A stretch of 63,594 nucleotides of DNA, filler included, from Chiloscyllium plagiosum (Eukaryota): assembly GCF_004010195.1 (NCBI RefSeq). It is 4 parts of one record of this genome, joined end to end, with 100 filler letters (N's around TTAATTAATTAA, not from the genome) between each part and the next. Parts side by side here need not be neighbours in the genome. Positions count along the whole stretch, not along the records: positions 1 to 16,303 come from NC_057711.1; 3 more parts are not named here. One strand, given 5' to 3'. Positions 1-12,251 of this stretch are shown one piece after another. Each line of letters opens with the position of its first letter. Positions within the stretch are counted from its first letter, which is position 1. The notes below the pieces were generated by a model. The model saw only the letters and a program-made list of their open reading frames with translations. It did no database searches and was not told the DNA's origin. The translations under genes and the position numbers were made by a program.

Positions 1-372
1 AATTGATTGTCTGTTCAGCCTTTCATCTGTTAGAATACAGTTAGAATACAGCTGTTAACAGCTAACCCGAGAATGCAACTTTAAAAAAAGGGTTTTGTGA
101 TTTACACATGAAAGAAGTGAAACTATCACTGTATTCTAACAGATGAAAGGCTTAACAGACAATCAATTCTTCAATGTATAATTTCAGTTACATCACACTG
201 CAAATGTTTGCTATAAATTCTGTGTTACGATCGAGCCCTCCACAATCACCTGATGAAGGAGCGTCGCTCCGAAAGCTAGTGTGCTTCCAACTAAACCTGT
301 TGGACTATAACCTGGTGTTGTGTGATTTTTAACTTTGTACATCCCAGTCCAACACTGGCATCTCCGAATCAT
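1..372 (+). mobile_element. Penelope-like element 3' end (pseudo-LTR) with an inverted upstream segment
   Basis: Bases 1-41 are the reverse complement of 128-168. The tail CTGATGAAGGAGCGTCGCTCCGAAAGCTAG...GGACTATAACCTGGTGTTG...AACTTTGTAC...CCAGTCCAACAC is the same family as 42614-42826. Confidence 0.8.
247..281 (+). ncRNA. Minimal type I hammerhead-ribozyme motif within the Penelope terminal repeat
   Basis: CAC-CTGATGA-A-GGAGC/gtc/GCTCC-GAAA-GC-TA-GTG. It has the CUGAUGA and GAAA boxes, a 5-bp stem II, a 3-bp stem I (CAC/GTG) and palindromic AGCT in place of stem III. Confidence 0.7.
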
Positions 373-879
373 GACAAAAATTGCTGTTAGCCAAACTGAG
401 CAATCCTGACTTGAAGCTTACCAAACAAAAAAGGGGCAATACATGGATGTGATATGAAACAAAACATTGATAATAATAGCCAATCATTTATAGTATAACA
501 TCAGTGACAATGATTGGTAGATCTCCCACTGCCATTGACATCATATAGAGAGTGACGCATTTGGTTAGGCTGCATTTTCTACTGGATAGGATTATAATTG
601 CAAATAAATTAACTACAAAATGAGTGAGGGAAAGAGAAAAAAAAATTACAAATTAGTAATCAAGTCCTTAGCAAACTAATTAATTTAGAAGTACTTTCAA
701 TATTTTTCCAGTGAAGTGATTTTACAGAGTAAAATAGTTAAAGATTCGATGTTCTATATCATGTGTCTATGATGGATCTTGCAGTAGCTGATTAGGAAAA
801 TAATTATGATTGAAGCATCTAAAACATTGTGACCTGAAGAGTGCTGAATAATTTATGGCACAGATGAATACCTATATGT

Positions 880-2330
880 CAATGCTATTTCCTCCTGTTG
901 TAATTCAGTCCGTCCCATTCCACTGCTCTATTCCTATTGCCCAACAAATTTAATTCTTTCATGTATATATCCAATTTGCTTTTGAAATCATTGGTCATCT
1001 CTGTTTCCACCACCTTTCTGGGCAATATATTCCAGACCATTACCATTTACTGTTTAGCAAAATTGTCCTTGCATTTCCTCCTATCTGTATCTCTTACACA
1101 AACCTTAAGTCTGTGTTCTCTAGTTCTTATATCATCAGGTGATGGGAACAAGTTTTTTTTGAGAGGTCTATATAAAGATGGACGATGTTATACATTGCCA
1201 TCAAATCTCCACTCAATCTTCTTTGCTTCAAGAAAAAAATGACTCGACTTTTCCAATCTAAACTTGGAGCTTAAAAACCCTCACATCTTGCTGAAAATGT
1301 GATGAGAATACTCAGTAGGAGGCTAACCAGGACCTTACAAATATTTAGCAAAATTCACCTGCATCTGAACTTGATATTTTCTATTAATGAAGACCAAGAT
1401 CTCTTACTCCCAGCAAAACAGTGTCACATATGTTCTTGCACTTTTGAGTATTGCTCATGCAGCCCCAGAGCCTCTATTTTTGCACATTTTAAAGAACTTT
1501 GTTATTGTGTGGCGAGTCAGAATGACTCTGTTCAATGGAGTGGGCTAAACCACTTCAATTGCTTAGGTGACCTTTGTAGATCTTTCCACACAACTGAGGT
1601 CACCAAAAGCAGAAATCCCACCCACCTCTGAGTATTTCTAGTATTTTGTTTTGTTTCAGATTTCCCACATCTGCTGTATTTAACAATTTATGTGGACTTA
1701 TTCCTTCAACAATTGTGCAACATTCTTCATTTTCCTTCACCTCTTTAATTTTATATATTTTAATATTACTTACAAAGCCAATTATTTGCTATGAAACAGT
1801 TTCTAGAATTCTATATACATAACATCAGTTACAAAAGTGTCAATAATTCTCTCTTTCTGTAAAGGACACAATCAAATCATATAATCATGGTTTGATTTTA
1901 GAAATTTAGTGCTGGCTGTCATTTTTCATTTTTAAACCTATACTTACCAAGGGCAACTTGATTGCACCTTAGAGTACTGACTCAAAGTTTCCCATCATCT
2001 ACATTCTGACAGATTGACCTGGAGTTGCCATTTTATCCTCCTTCCATTTTGTTAACAGAGATAACATTTGCAACCTTCCATTCTTCCAGCACTATTTCTG
2101 TATTTAAGGAGGATTGGAATACTGCAGACAGAGCCTTCACAATTTTCTAGATTTATTTTCCTTGACAGTTTAGGATGTATCCCTTCTGAACTGGGTGATC
2201 TACATACTTAAATTACTGTAAATCTTAGAGCACCTCATTTTTATCTATTTAGTCCTTCCAATTTTCCATGTCTTCTTCTTTTGCTGTGAAATCTGGAGTA
2301 TTTTTCTCTTCAGTGAAGCTAAGTGTATAT
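880..2330 (-). mobile_element. Old degraded CR1-group LINE fragments
   Basis: Reverse-strand CR1 3' and RT-like phrases (tatatccaatttgcttttgaaa, ttgattgcacc, acatttgcaaccttcca), heavily mutated; a short Penelope-type tail is embedded near 1600-1690. Confidence 0.5.
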
Positions 2331-3559
2331 CTTTAAATGTATGGACTAATCAAGGAAAGACAGCACAGACTTGTTTAAAGCAAATTATATTTGACATGTA
2401 ACAGAATACATTTCTGAAGTTATGAACCGGAAAAATATAATGAATGCAGCAGTACGAGTAATATGTGCATTCTCAAAAGGTGTAGCTATCATGACACAAA
2501 AGGATTTTAGAAAAGTGCATTTATGCAAAAATCAAGGGGAAAAAAATGATTGAATAACAATTAAGAGAAAAATTGATTCAAAGCGAGGAAGTAAAGGATC
2601 GAGAAATCTGTTATGTTCATATTTGAAATTGAATGTTGAAGAGAGAAAAGAAGAGCATTAGAAAAGGTGGACAAAGCAAGTATTTTGTGAAACAGAGGAA
2701 AACATGTAAGTTTGGGAGTGAGTGGGGGAGTGTATAGACTTTGTATCATATTTACGATAATTAACATTGGGATGATGTGGCAAACAGATTTGTAAATAGC
2801 TCAGTTGTTCTGTTTTCTTCTTCAAATGCAGACTGAATTTTTCATTTGTGGAATTCTTAGATCTTGACTGCACAAATTCAAAAATCCCATTCCTCTTATT
2901 ATCTTTACCTCAAATGGTTCATCCAAAATCAAAACATTTTTCCGTTATAACCAAGTCCACTGCATCAAGATACTATGTACACCACAACAGTATTCTATTT
3001 ATAGTTAATGTAACTAAAACATGGCTATTATGACCCAGGAAGAATTCCAAAGAGTGAACAGCAATTATAGCAGCAGCTGACAGATACATTGTACTAAGAA
3101 ATTTAATGGAGCTGCATTTGTAGTCAGGTGAAGTCTCCAGTGAGACCATTTGGCTGCTGTATCACTAAATATATTCATAGTTGATTGAACAATCAGGTTA
3201 TAAAACAAATGTGGTTTTTGCTGAAATGCAAGCCAAACTATGCTCAAAGTTAAAAGTTTCTGAATATTATTCTCATTTCATTCCTTCAGGGAAGGAACAA
3301 AAACATAACCCTGTTTATTGCACAACTGTGTTAATTATGAGTTTATTCTACTTGTAAATTTAGCAATGGAATATTTCATATTTTTGAACACTGTTTTCTC
3401 CAAGATCCAGTCCTGGTTTAAAAATGCAAATATTGACCCATTAATACTCAGTTGTTTCTCTAAGAAGACCCTCGCTTGAATTGGATTTTTATGGATTGAA
3501 GTCCCATTCTGATCTGTTAATTGACACGTCTGCAATGTACAATGGGACAATATCCAGGG

Positions 3560-4110
3560 AGTAAAGCAATTTCAGAGGATCAGTACTGAAGAAACACTAA
3601 CTGATCAGCGTGCAGTTGTGAGGGAGCACTCAGACAGCAATCGGAGGTGGCAATGTTGAGGCACAATTGAACTGAGTAGAGTGATGATCGGAAGGGCAGA
3701 GGAGTGCTGCACAGGGGGTAGCATGAAGAGGGTGGTAACTTGTCAAATGGGACAGTTGCACATTGGGAAGGGCAACACATTGGGAAGGGCAACCTCTGTA
3801 TTGTCTGGGGGCTAGTGCTACATTGTCACAATGTAATAATTAGGGAGAGCTGGACTGTTGAATAGGACGTTCTATAGAAGCATGGCACTGTCAAAAGAAT
3901 AGTATTGAGGGAATGCTGCCATGTAGATTAGACAGTAGTGAGGGTGTAATGTCGGAGGAGAAGTGTACATTTGGAAGAAGAGTTTTGAGAAAGATTTAGA
4001 AGGTTACAAAAGTAGGGCTGCATTGGGATAACACTCTAGTACTTTTAGGCACTCCTGACGACTTCCTGTCAATGTAGCATTCTGAAGTGCGGGTGTCACT
4101 GACAGAGCAG
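3560..4110 (+). repeat. Degenerate G-rich tandem/minisatellite-like array
   Basis: Recurring variants of cagtactgagggagtgctgcac..tgtcggagg, plus a perfect 17-bp tandem duplication cacattgggaagggcaa at 3759-3792. Confidence 0.5.
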
Positions 4111-5232
4111 GGGAAGGGCTGTTTGCATTCAAGGGTACCCTAAAATGAATTCCAGGCACAGTTAGCTATTGTTCATCCACTGGTGTGAGGCTGAGTTCTA
4201 CCTCCCTGCCCACCTGAGAGGAATAATGGCCTACAAGGAATCCAGATGCCTCGTTCCCCTCTTGTGTTGACACTGCCTGTTTGAGCTCATTGATAATGCT
4301 GTGGCTTGCAGGTCTGAACGTCAATCCAGTATTCCTGTGGGCAGCCATTTCTCTGCATCTGATGGCTAATTTCAAAATATAATAATTAATTTGAAGTTCA
4401 GAATGTACAAAGGCACTGCACTTGGCTGACTTAGAGCTCATGCCATTGGAATATGGCTTTATTCCCTCTTTGGACCAAAAAAATCAATTAGGGATTTTCA
4501 GCCAGTAAATGCAATTTTTTAAATATTTCAAGCAAGTGACTAGGGGAAATTATTCAATTCCATTTTGTTGGTGATGGTCATTGCTTGAGACTTGTTTTAT
4601 TCAAATATACTTGCATGTTCAACCTTACCAAGTCTAGGATTTAAATCTAGATTTATGAACAGAATTTAAATTGCCTAGACCTTTGAGGTTTGCGTTGATT
4701 TATTCATGTCACATATATCAAGATAGAGTGAAGGGATTGTTTTGCATGCTATCAAGACAAATCATACCTCACATAAGTATATCAGGGTGATAGAATAGAA
4801 TATAGAATAAAGTGTTACAGATGCAGAAAGGGTGCAAGGCTTGCAAAGGTAGCATTCTAAAACCCATAACTGCTGAACTATCAAGTTTAAAACACAAGTT
4901 TATTTGTAGAATTAACAACATTCAAGCAACAAGATCTCCTGAGTTTCCATGTTTAGTCCTAATCCATGGAAAGAGGGTGAGGCACATGATTCGTTTTCAC
5001 GTTCCGGGTTAATCCTACCAATAGATTGGAGATGTGACTTTCTAAGCCTAAGAATTCCCAAACAAAGACAGATTTGAAAGACCCAGCTAAAAATACAGCT
5101 ATGAAGGGCGAGAATAGGTTTCAGTTGCATAATCATAAGGTTGTATAAAATAGCAGCAGAAGTAGGTCTCTTAGTCAGTTGAGTCTGCTCCACTCATCAA
5201 GAACTCATAGTTGATTTGATTATGACCATAAT

Positions 5233-5732
5233 NNNNNNNNNNNNNNNNNNNNNNNNNNNNNNNNNNNNNNNNNNNNNNNNNNNNNNNNNNNNNNNNNNNN
5301 NNNNNNNNNNNNNNNNNNNNNNNNNNNNNNNNNNNNNNNNNNNNNNNNNNNNNNNNNNNNNNNNNNNNNNNNNNNNNNNNNNNNNNNNNNNNNNNNNNNN
5401 NNNNNNNNNNNNNNNNNNNNNNNNNNNNNNNNNNNNNNNNNNNNNNNNNNNNNNNNNNNNNNNNNNNNNNNNNNNNNNNNNNNNNNNNNNNNNNNNNNNN
5501 NNNNNNNNNNNNNNNNNNNNNNNNNNNNNNNNNNNNNNNNNNNNNNNNNNNNNNNNNNNNNNNNNNNNNNNNNNNNNNNNNNNNNNNNNNNNNNNNNNNN
5601 NNNNNNNNNNNNNNNNNNNNNNNNNNNNNNNNNNNNNNNNNNNNNNNNNNNNNNNNNNNNNNNNNNNNNNNNNNNNNNNNNNNNNNNNNNNNNNNNNNNN
5701 NNNNNNNNNNNNNNNNNNNNNNNNNNNNNNNN
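5233..5732. other. Assembly gap (500 N)
   Basis: Run of N. Confidence 0.99.
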
Positions 5733-5979
5733 ACTGTTGTTTGCTTTAGCTACTGTCCTCCTTGAGGATACAATGGGAACAGATATGATAGGTGACAACA
5801 CATTCAAGGAACTTTCAAAGGAAAGGGAGGTTGGACACTAAAATATTTAGAGACAATGAACCTTACAGCACAGGAGACAATATGAGCCATCTTATCAGTG
5901 CTAGATTTGCAAAAGACCTTGCCACTTACTCAAATTCCTTTGGCCTTCATTTTCTTTAAATATTTATTTCAAACCATTA

Positions 5980-6430
5980 TTCACGTGTGATACTATAAGT
6001 AGAAGAAGCATTGGGGAAATTGAAAAGAAGATTTACAAGTACAGTTGAATAAATCCAATTATGGTAATCTGGAAAGATTGAATAGTTTTTTTTTCTTCAG
6101 AGGAAACATGATGGAAATGTAAAAGTTATGAATTTTTCAGTTGGAGGTGATAGATACAGAGAGAATGATTCCGCATGTAGCAGAATCCAAAGCAAATGGA
6201 CATAAATATAAAATAGCTAGTAATGAATCTCAAAATGGAGGTTGGGAGATTTTTCTACATGGATTGAGCAGAAGCTGGTACTATGAGAAGACATTGAGGC
6301 AACAAGTCCAAATGCTTTCAAAAGGAAAGTTCAAGTGTGTGAAAACAAATGCTGAAATAAAATAGATGGAATGTGGGGTGTCCTTGTGGAATATGAACTT
6401 CAGCACAGGTTGGTTGTGCTGAATGATCTT
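5980..6430 (+). mobile_element. Degraded CR1 LINE 3' region
   Basis: Resembles the CR1 ORF2 C-terminus (agaagatttacaag, ggacataaatataaaatag) and a 3' UTR ending ggttgtgctgaatgatctt. Confidence 0.55.
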
Positions 6431-6497
6431 TCTCTCTACGTATTTTATTTAATTTTCTTTTAAAAATCTACTATGGATCTGTTTTAATTGTTGTATT

Positions 6498-7057
6498 CAC
6501 TGTTGGAATATTGCGTGCAATTCTGGTCTCCTTCCTATGGAAAAGATGTTGTCAAACTTGAAAGGGTTCAGAAAAGATTTATAAGGATGTTGCCAGGGTT
6601 GGAGGATTTGAGCTATAGGGAGAGGCTGAGCAGGCTGGGGTTGTTTTCCATGGAGCGTCGGAGGCTGAGGGGTAACCTTATAGAGGTTTACAAAATTATG
6701 AGGGGCATGGATTGAATAAATAGACAAAGTCTCTTCCCTGATGTAGGGGAGTCCAGAACTAGAAGGCATAGGTTTAGGGTGAGAGGGGCAAGATATAAAA
6801 GAGATCCAAGAGGCAACTTATTCACGCAGAGGGTGGTACGTGTATGAAATGAGCTGCCAGAGGAAGTGGTGGAGGCTAGTACAATTGCAACATTTAAATG
6901 GCATTTGGATGGGTATATGAATAGGAAGGGCTTGGAGGGATATGGGCCAGGTGCTGGCAGGTGGGACCAGATTGGGTTGGGATATCTGGTCGGCATGGAG
7001 GGGTTGGACCGAAGGGTATGTTTCAATGCTGTACATCTCTATGACTCTATGACTGTA
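6498..7057 (+). mobile_element. HER1-type CR1 LINE, 5'-truncated 3' end
   Basis: Translates LEYCVQFWSP..KLERVQKRFIRMLPGLEDLSYRERL (CR1 ORF2 C-terminus) and ends in a (CTATGACT)n tail. Confidence 0.93.
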
Positions 7058-7059
7058 TA

Positions 7060-7625
7060 ACCTAACAACTCTACATAAAAATAATCTCCTGATTTCAGTG
7101 CTTATTTCGGCCTCCAGTTTAGCTGGAATCCATTGCTGTTCCCTTGCACATACCCCAATCCTGATTACTTTGACAAAAGAAAATGTATCTTATTCTCAAG
7201 CAGAAAAATATGTCTCTCTTTGCATATCTAACAGATTGCTTGCTTTTAATATTGTTTGTATTTTTCTTATTTATTTTCCCTTGCTTTCAGACAGCAGCTA
7301 TTCACAATCTTGTCATTCATACTAATACATTTACAAAAATGTCTTTATTTGTTCCATTATCATTCCCTTTGGTCTTGCATCATGAAATCTTCTGTCACTT
7401 AATACCTGTTTCCCCACAGCCTATTGTAAAACTTTGCTGTTTCATTGTCTACGTTTGCCTCTCTCTCACTTTCTAATTTCTCTAATTTGATGCAAGGTCA
7501 CACACTTGATATATGTTAATTTTGTTGATTTCTCCACAGATGCTGTCAGACCTGCAGGTTATTTACAGAATTATTTGTTTTGTTTCAGATTCCCACAATC
7601 TTGCAGTATTTTGTTTTTTCATATT
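7060..7625 (+). mobile_element. Old Penelope-type 3' terminal remnant
   Basis: Ends ...ctccacagatgctgtcagacctgc...gttttgtttcagattcc...gcagtattttg; the hammerhead region near 7487-7520 is decayed. Confidence 0.5.
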
Positions 7626-7804
7626 GTGATGATCTGAGGAACCTAACCTTGAAGATGATGGTGTTTTACATCGTTATTCTCTCTTCATGAAGTCAGTTAA
7701 TTGAATTTGGAGGCAACCAATGAAAAAATACAAATGGAAGGGAAGATCTAAAGGGGCCAATGATCATCAAGGTATATGGTACTTGGAAATGATTAGGGGG
7801 AATT

Positions 7805-8280
7805 TTAACCATTCTGGATGTATCACGGCATTGTATGGCTACTGCTCCTTCAAAGATCGTAAGAAACTACAGAGAGTAGTGAATACAGGCCAGTCAATCA
7901 TACAAACCAACCTTCCTGCTATTGACTCCTATATCTCTCACTGCCTTAGGAAAGCAGCCAGCATAATCGCAGACCCCTCCCACCCTCAGTTATAGTCTCT
8001 TCCAATGTCTTCAATCAAGTAGAATTTACAAAAGCTTAAACACACGTACCAACAGATTCAAGAACAGCTTCTTCCCCATCTGAATGGACCTCTTAAATTT
8101 TTAATTTAATGTTGATCTGACTCTTTGTGCGCCTTCTCTGCAGCCGTAACATTAGATTCTTTGCTCTGTTGTATTACCCTGATGCACTTTGTATGGTATG
8201 ATCTGCCTGTTTTGCACACAAAACAAAACATTTCATTGTACCTAAGTAGATGTGACAATGAAAAATTAAAATCAAATGAA
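7805..8280 (+). mobile_element. Rex1/Babar LINE 3' end
   Basis: SGCITALYGYCSFKDRKKLQRVVNTGQSI...IIADPSHP followed by an RTNRFKNSFFP-like motif, typical of the Rex1 C-terminus. Confidence 0.85.
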
Positions 8281-8608
8281 AGAGATATTCCTCTACTTGA
8301 ATCAGCCTAATAGCTTTGTTCCTAATAATTAAGTATAAACACATGCTTCCAACAGTGCCTCGATATTGAGGTAGGGCTGCACAGGTTGAAGAGCTCCTCT
8401 GGGGCCAGCAGAATTCAGAATATATCTGCCATAATTAAGAGGAAGGGAAATACAACGCTGACTAATTAGGATGTTGTCCGAGGGAAAATTGTCATTGGGT
8501 GTACTACCAGAAAGTGTTAGGCTCAGAAATTCCATTTGATCTTGGCATTGGTGTCCATAGTTCTATGGAAAAGTCCAACCCAAAGTTACTGTCATTAATA
8601 AATAGTGT

Positions 8609-8693
8609 CAAAAGTATGGCGCTGAAAAAGCACAGCAGGTCAGACAGCATCCGCATCCCCAGTATTTGTAGTTCTCACTTTCTCCCCATCCTC
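8609..8693. mobile_element. Penelope-derived inverted mini-insertion with a 14-bp TSD
   Basis: TTAATAAATAGTGT occurs at 8595-8608 and 8694-8707; the insert has a minus-strand then a plus-strand piece of the Penelope terminal repeat. Confidence 0.8.
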
Positions 8694-8899
8694 TTAATAA
8701 ATAGTGTGTTAACTGAAATGTGGGTCTGCGTGTACCAAATGTATGAGGATGAGATGAAGTGTATGAATGGATGTTGGGCAAAAATGTTGACTAATAAAGC
8801 TTGCTGGTAGGTGAGTGATGGTCAAATGGTGCATTGAGCAGTGGATGAGGCTAGCAGTGCAGTTGGTAGGCTATGAGATTTGAAGATGTATTCATGAGC

Positions 8900-8977
8900 C
8901 TTGACTATTCCTGTTAAATCATACTTCCTTGTACACTGTATCCATGGTTTTGGAGCTACACTTCTATTTGCTGTTGC
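8900..8977 (-). mobile_element. Harbinger-associated Myb/SANT-like ORF remnant
   Basis: Reverse strand reads ATANRSVAPKPWIQCTRKYDLTGIVK, matching the R-x-W-x-QC-x-K-x-DL end of Myb/SANT-like (trihelix) domains. Confidence 0.6.
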
Positions 8978-8996
8978 ATTTTGACTGTATGTCTGT

Positions 8997-9260
8997 CAGG
9001 CATAGCTTTAAATTGAGGGGTGATAGATATAGGACAGATATCAGAGGTAGTTTCTTTACTCAGAGAAAGTAGGGGCATGGAACATCCTTCCTGCAACAGT
9101 AGTAGACTCGCCAACATTAAGGGCATTTATATGGTCATTGGATAAATATAAGGATAAAAATGGAATAGTGTAGGCTAGTTGGGCTTCAGATTGGTTTCAC
9201 AGGTCGGCGCAAAATCGAGGGCCAAAAAGCCTGTACTGCACTATAATGTTCTATGCTCTA
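8997..9260 (+). mobile_element. CR1 LINE 3' end (second family)
   Basis: gggcatagctttaaattgagggg...cagag...gagggcc...cctgtactgcactataatgttctatg tail. Confidence 0.8.
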
Positions 9261-12251
9261 AATCATTTGAGAATACAAAACAACTCCCTTACATTCAATG
9301 TCTTTAACTTCAGCATTTGAAAACAATGTTATCCATGTTCTCCCATCATCAGTTGATCCGATTGTTGGTTGTTTTCCCATTCTCAATGACTGTCATTTTC
9401 AATATTCCCAACACGTTCATCATCCATCATAAATGTTCCCTTTATTTGAGGTTGACTAGCTTTAATCAGTAGAAGGAAATATTCATCTCAGATTTGCTGT
9501 TGATGTCTGGAGTCACTGAGCAAAGTAGGTAATGCTGGCAGTGCACAGAAATCACAGACATCATAAAATTAGTAATCTGCCTGCTTTTCAATGAAACTGC
9601 AGAAATTCAACATGTTGGAATTTTTCTGTCCAATTTAAGGACTAAACCTTGTAACTCTTTAACTCTGAACAAATTGTGAAGGGGAAGGTTGACTTAACTG
9701 GTGATTACAACCACTAAAAGTAAACAAATATAGTTCCAGCAATTGGCCAGCACCTTAAAATGAAGTCAATACTTGGGAATGTAAAAAAAAAGTATACGAA
9801 CAATGGTTAGACACCAAAGACTTCTTTTAATTTCTATGTTACACTCTCAACAGCAGCTAATTTTAACTTTGTACAGGCGCACCCATGAATAGTTAAAGAA
9901 CAGCTATTAATGGAGTTTATAATTATCGTCAATGTTAATTAAATGGATTTAGTCTAACGGCCATTGTTCTACTTGCAAAATGGGCCCTAATTATGAATGA
10001 TGCATGATTGAAAATTCCAGTGAGACCATTTTAGAGGTAATCGGACAAAGGCTTTAAAAACTCAAAGTGGGACGATTCATAAAATAGAAAATATGTGAGT
10101 CAGAATGAATCAGTTAATCTTTTCTAAGCTCTTTCAGCTTTAAGTTGCCAAGCACTGTTTGGTTCCCAACAATTTTAATGTCAGCCTTTCTTAGAGATTT
10201 CAAGTGCTTCGGCTGTTGCGAAGCATTGAGGCCAATTCCGAATGGGTGCCAATTTAACAGTTCACCAGCAAACTGAAATAAGGTGTTCAAGCATTAAGCT
10301 TTCAGAGGCATTTTAATGAGAGTTTGCACATGTTTAGCTTTCTAGTTTATACATTGCAACAAAAGTTTCCATTATTTGCAAGATTGGCAGATTCATCTGT
10401 TTAACACATAAATAAAATAGAAATATACCGTTAAAGGTTTCAAAAACATTTGGACAATGTGCAACATTTAAGAGAAAGGAGAAAAATAGTTAGTTTACCA
10501 GGCAGATGAATCCTTCGTTAAAATAAAATCACAAAAGGAGACGTTCTTTTGGACTTTAAGAGGGCATGTAGATTTTAGTTTTGGTTATTAGTTGTTAAGA
10601 TGTTGATTGTCCATAAATTTTATACATTGTTCCAGGAAGTTTATTACATCAAATGATATTTAATTCATGAATGCAGCTAACAGAATTCTGGGATTCCCAG
10701 AATCACTAGGAAAGTTAAGGATTTCAAAAACGCCCACAAAATCCCCCAGTTTAACTGTTTTTAGATCCAGATTAATAGAAAGCATGGACCAGCTATCTAT
10801 GCTTCACAAGAATGACTATTTGTTGCAAATAAATAGATTCCAGCTACACATGAAACAACTACGAACTGTTGACATATAGCTTCACGGGTTACAACACTAA
10901 GCCTTTCCTATAAAACTCCTCCTCCTCACACCTGCAGACTGATCAAATATTTGGTGCTATGGATGGAGAGAAAAACAACAGGAAATCGATTCAATGTCCT
11001 CTGCCCACAAAATTCAATGAGATTATTCTGTTTCTTTCCAGGCTTCTTGTTCTTCAATCTGTCTTCTCAAGGTACTTTTTATTCTTTGCAGGAGGCATAG
11101 AGTGATTTGTTAATTAATTATAAAATTTCTGACCTATTAGTTAAAAGCAAAAGCTTACAGCAATTGATGGGAGAAGGTAACTAGTTAGCTTCAGATTTCA
11201 GACACCTGCTACAGCAGGGTTATTCCATGACCGTTTTGGGAAGTTCCTTACCAAATCATTCACATCCATAACATAGGGATCATCACATATTTAATGGCAA
11301 GCAGATGGCTTTTGTCATTGACAACTGGTCACTACTCCACAGTCCAATCAACTGTTTGCTGCAAACCAAATCTCACTTGGTACATAGCTCCTGTTCCAAT
11401 CCATCTGCAACTAACCTACACAATTGCTTATTCAAAGCAGCAGTGGAAACACCACTAATAAGGAGTTTTGTAAATTGTTTTAAAAAGAAATGCAGAAGTG
11501 CACAAATATTTGGTTTATAAAACAGCCCTTCTCCTGTTTCAGTACACAAACAAAAATATAGAAAAATTTTAAAAAGTCTTTTTAAAAGAAATAGAAACAC
11601 AAGTAGTGAGCTTATTCTGACAGTCAAGAAGAACTGATTATAGCCTTGGCCCAATTTTTCATTATTGTTTCCAATTACTCATGACACCCCTCAAAAAAAT
11701 TCTAACTCCAGTGTGAACATGTTCAATGACCTAACCATCACTGCTTGTTAAGGAGGTGATTTTCAAGTTTAATGATCCTCTGAGATATGAAATTCCTTAT
11801 CATAGACTCCTTAATTGAGAGAGCACTTACCTTTAAATAGTTCACATTCTAGATCTATATTTTGATATGAAAGAAAATATTCTCTGAGCTTGTAATCTTT
11901 AAAGGTTACCAGAATTTTGTGTTGCAGATGGGTAACAAGCAAAACATTTTTTTTTGCTTTCAAAATAGGCAATTTTCTTGGCTAAACTCCAACAATGTGT
12001 ATGAGAATCTTAGTGTCTCATTGAATTAGTGTGCACTAAAGCAGCATATTAACTTGGTGCTGTTTTACATGTTTTCTGCATACATCCAATGCATCTATTC
12101 AGATACTATGAGTGACTGACACTAATTAAACTTAATCTGTGCCTCATCGGAGTGGAGGTGGCAGGTGGTGGGGTGGTGGAGAGTGATGTGGTTTTGTAGA
12201 AAGGGATGGGAATCTTTTGAAAACTGAACCGGTGCTGTGATACTTTGAGAA

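Noticed and set aside
5216..5807. Long ORFs here and at 36126-37039 and 50594-51786
   Set aside because: They are artefacts of translating through N gaps.
9601..9630. Imperfect hairpin cagaaattcaacatgttggaatttttctg as a possible miRNA
   Set aside because: It is too short for a pre-miRNA and matches no mature miRNA I recognise; it may be a transposon end.
11042..11071. Possible 30-nt micro-exon (ttccag|GCTTCT...CAAG|gtactt)
   Set aside because: It lies in a pyrimidine-rich tract, the donor is mediocre, and no partner exons or recognisable peptide were found.
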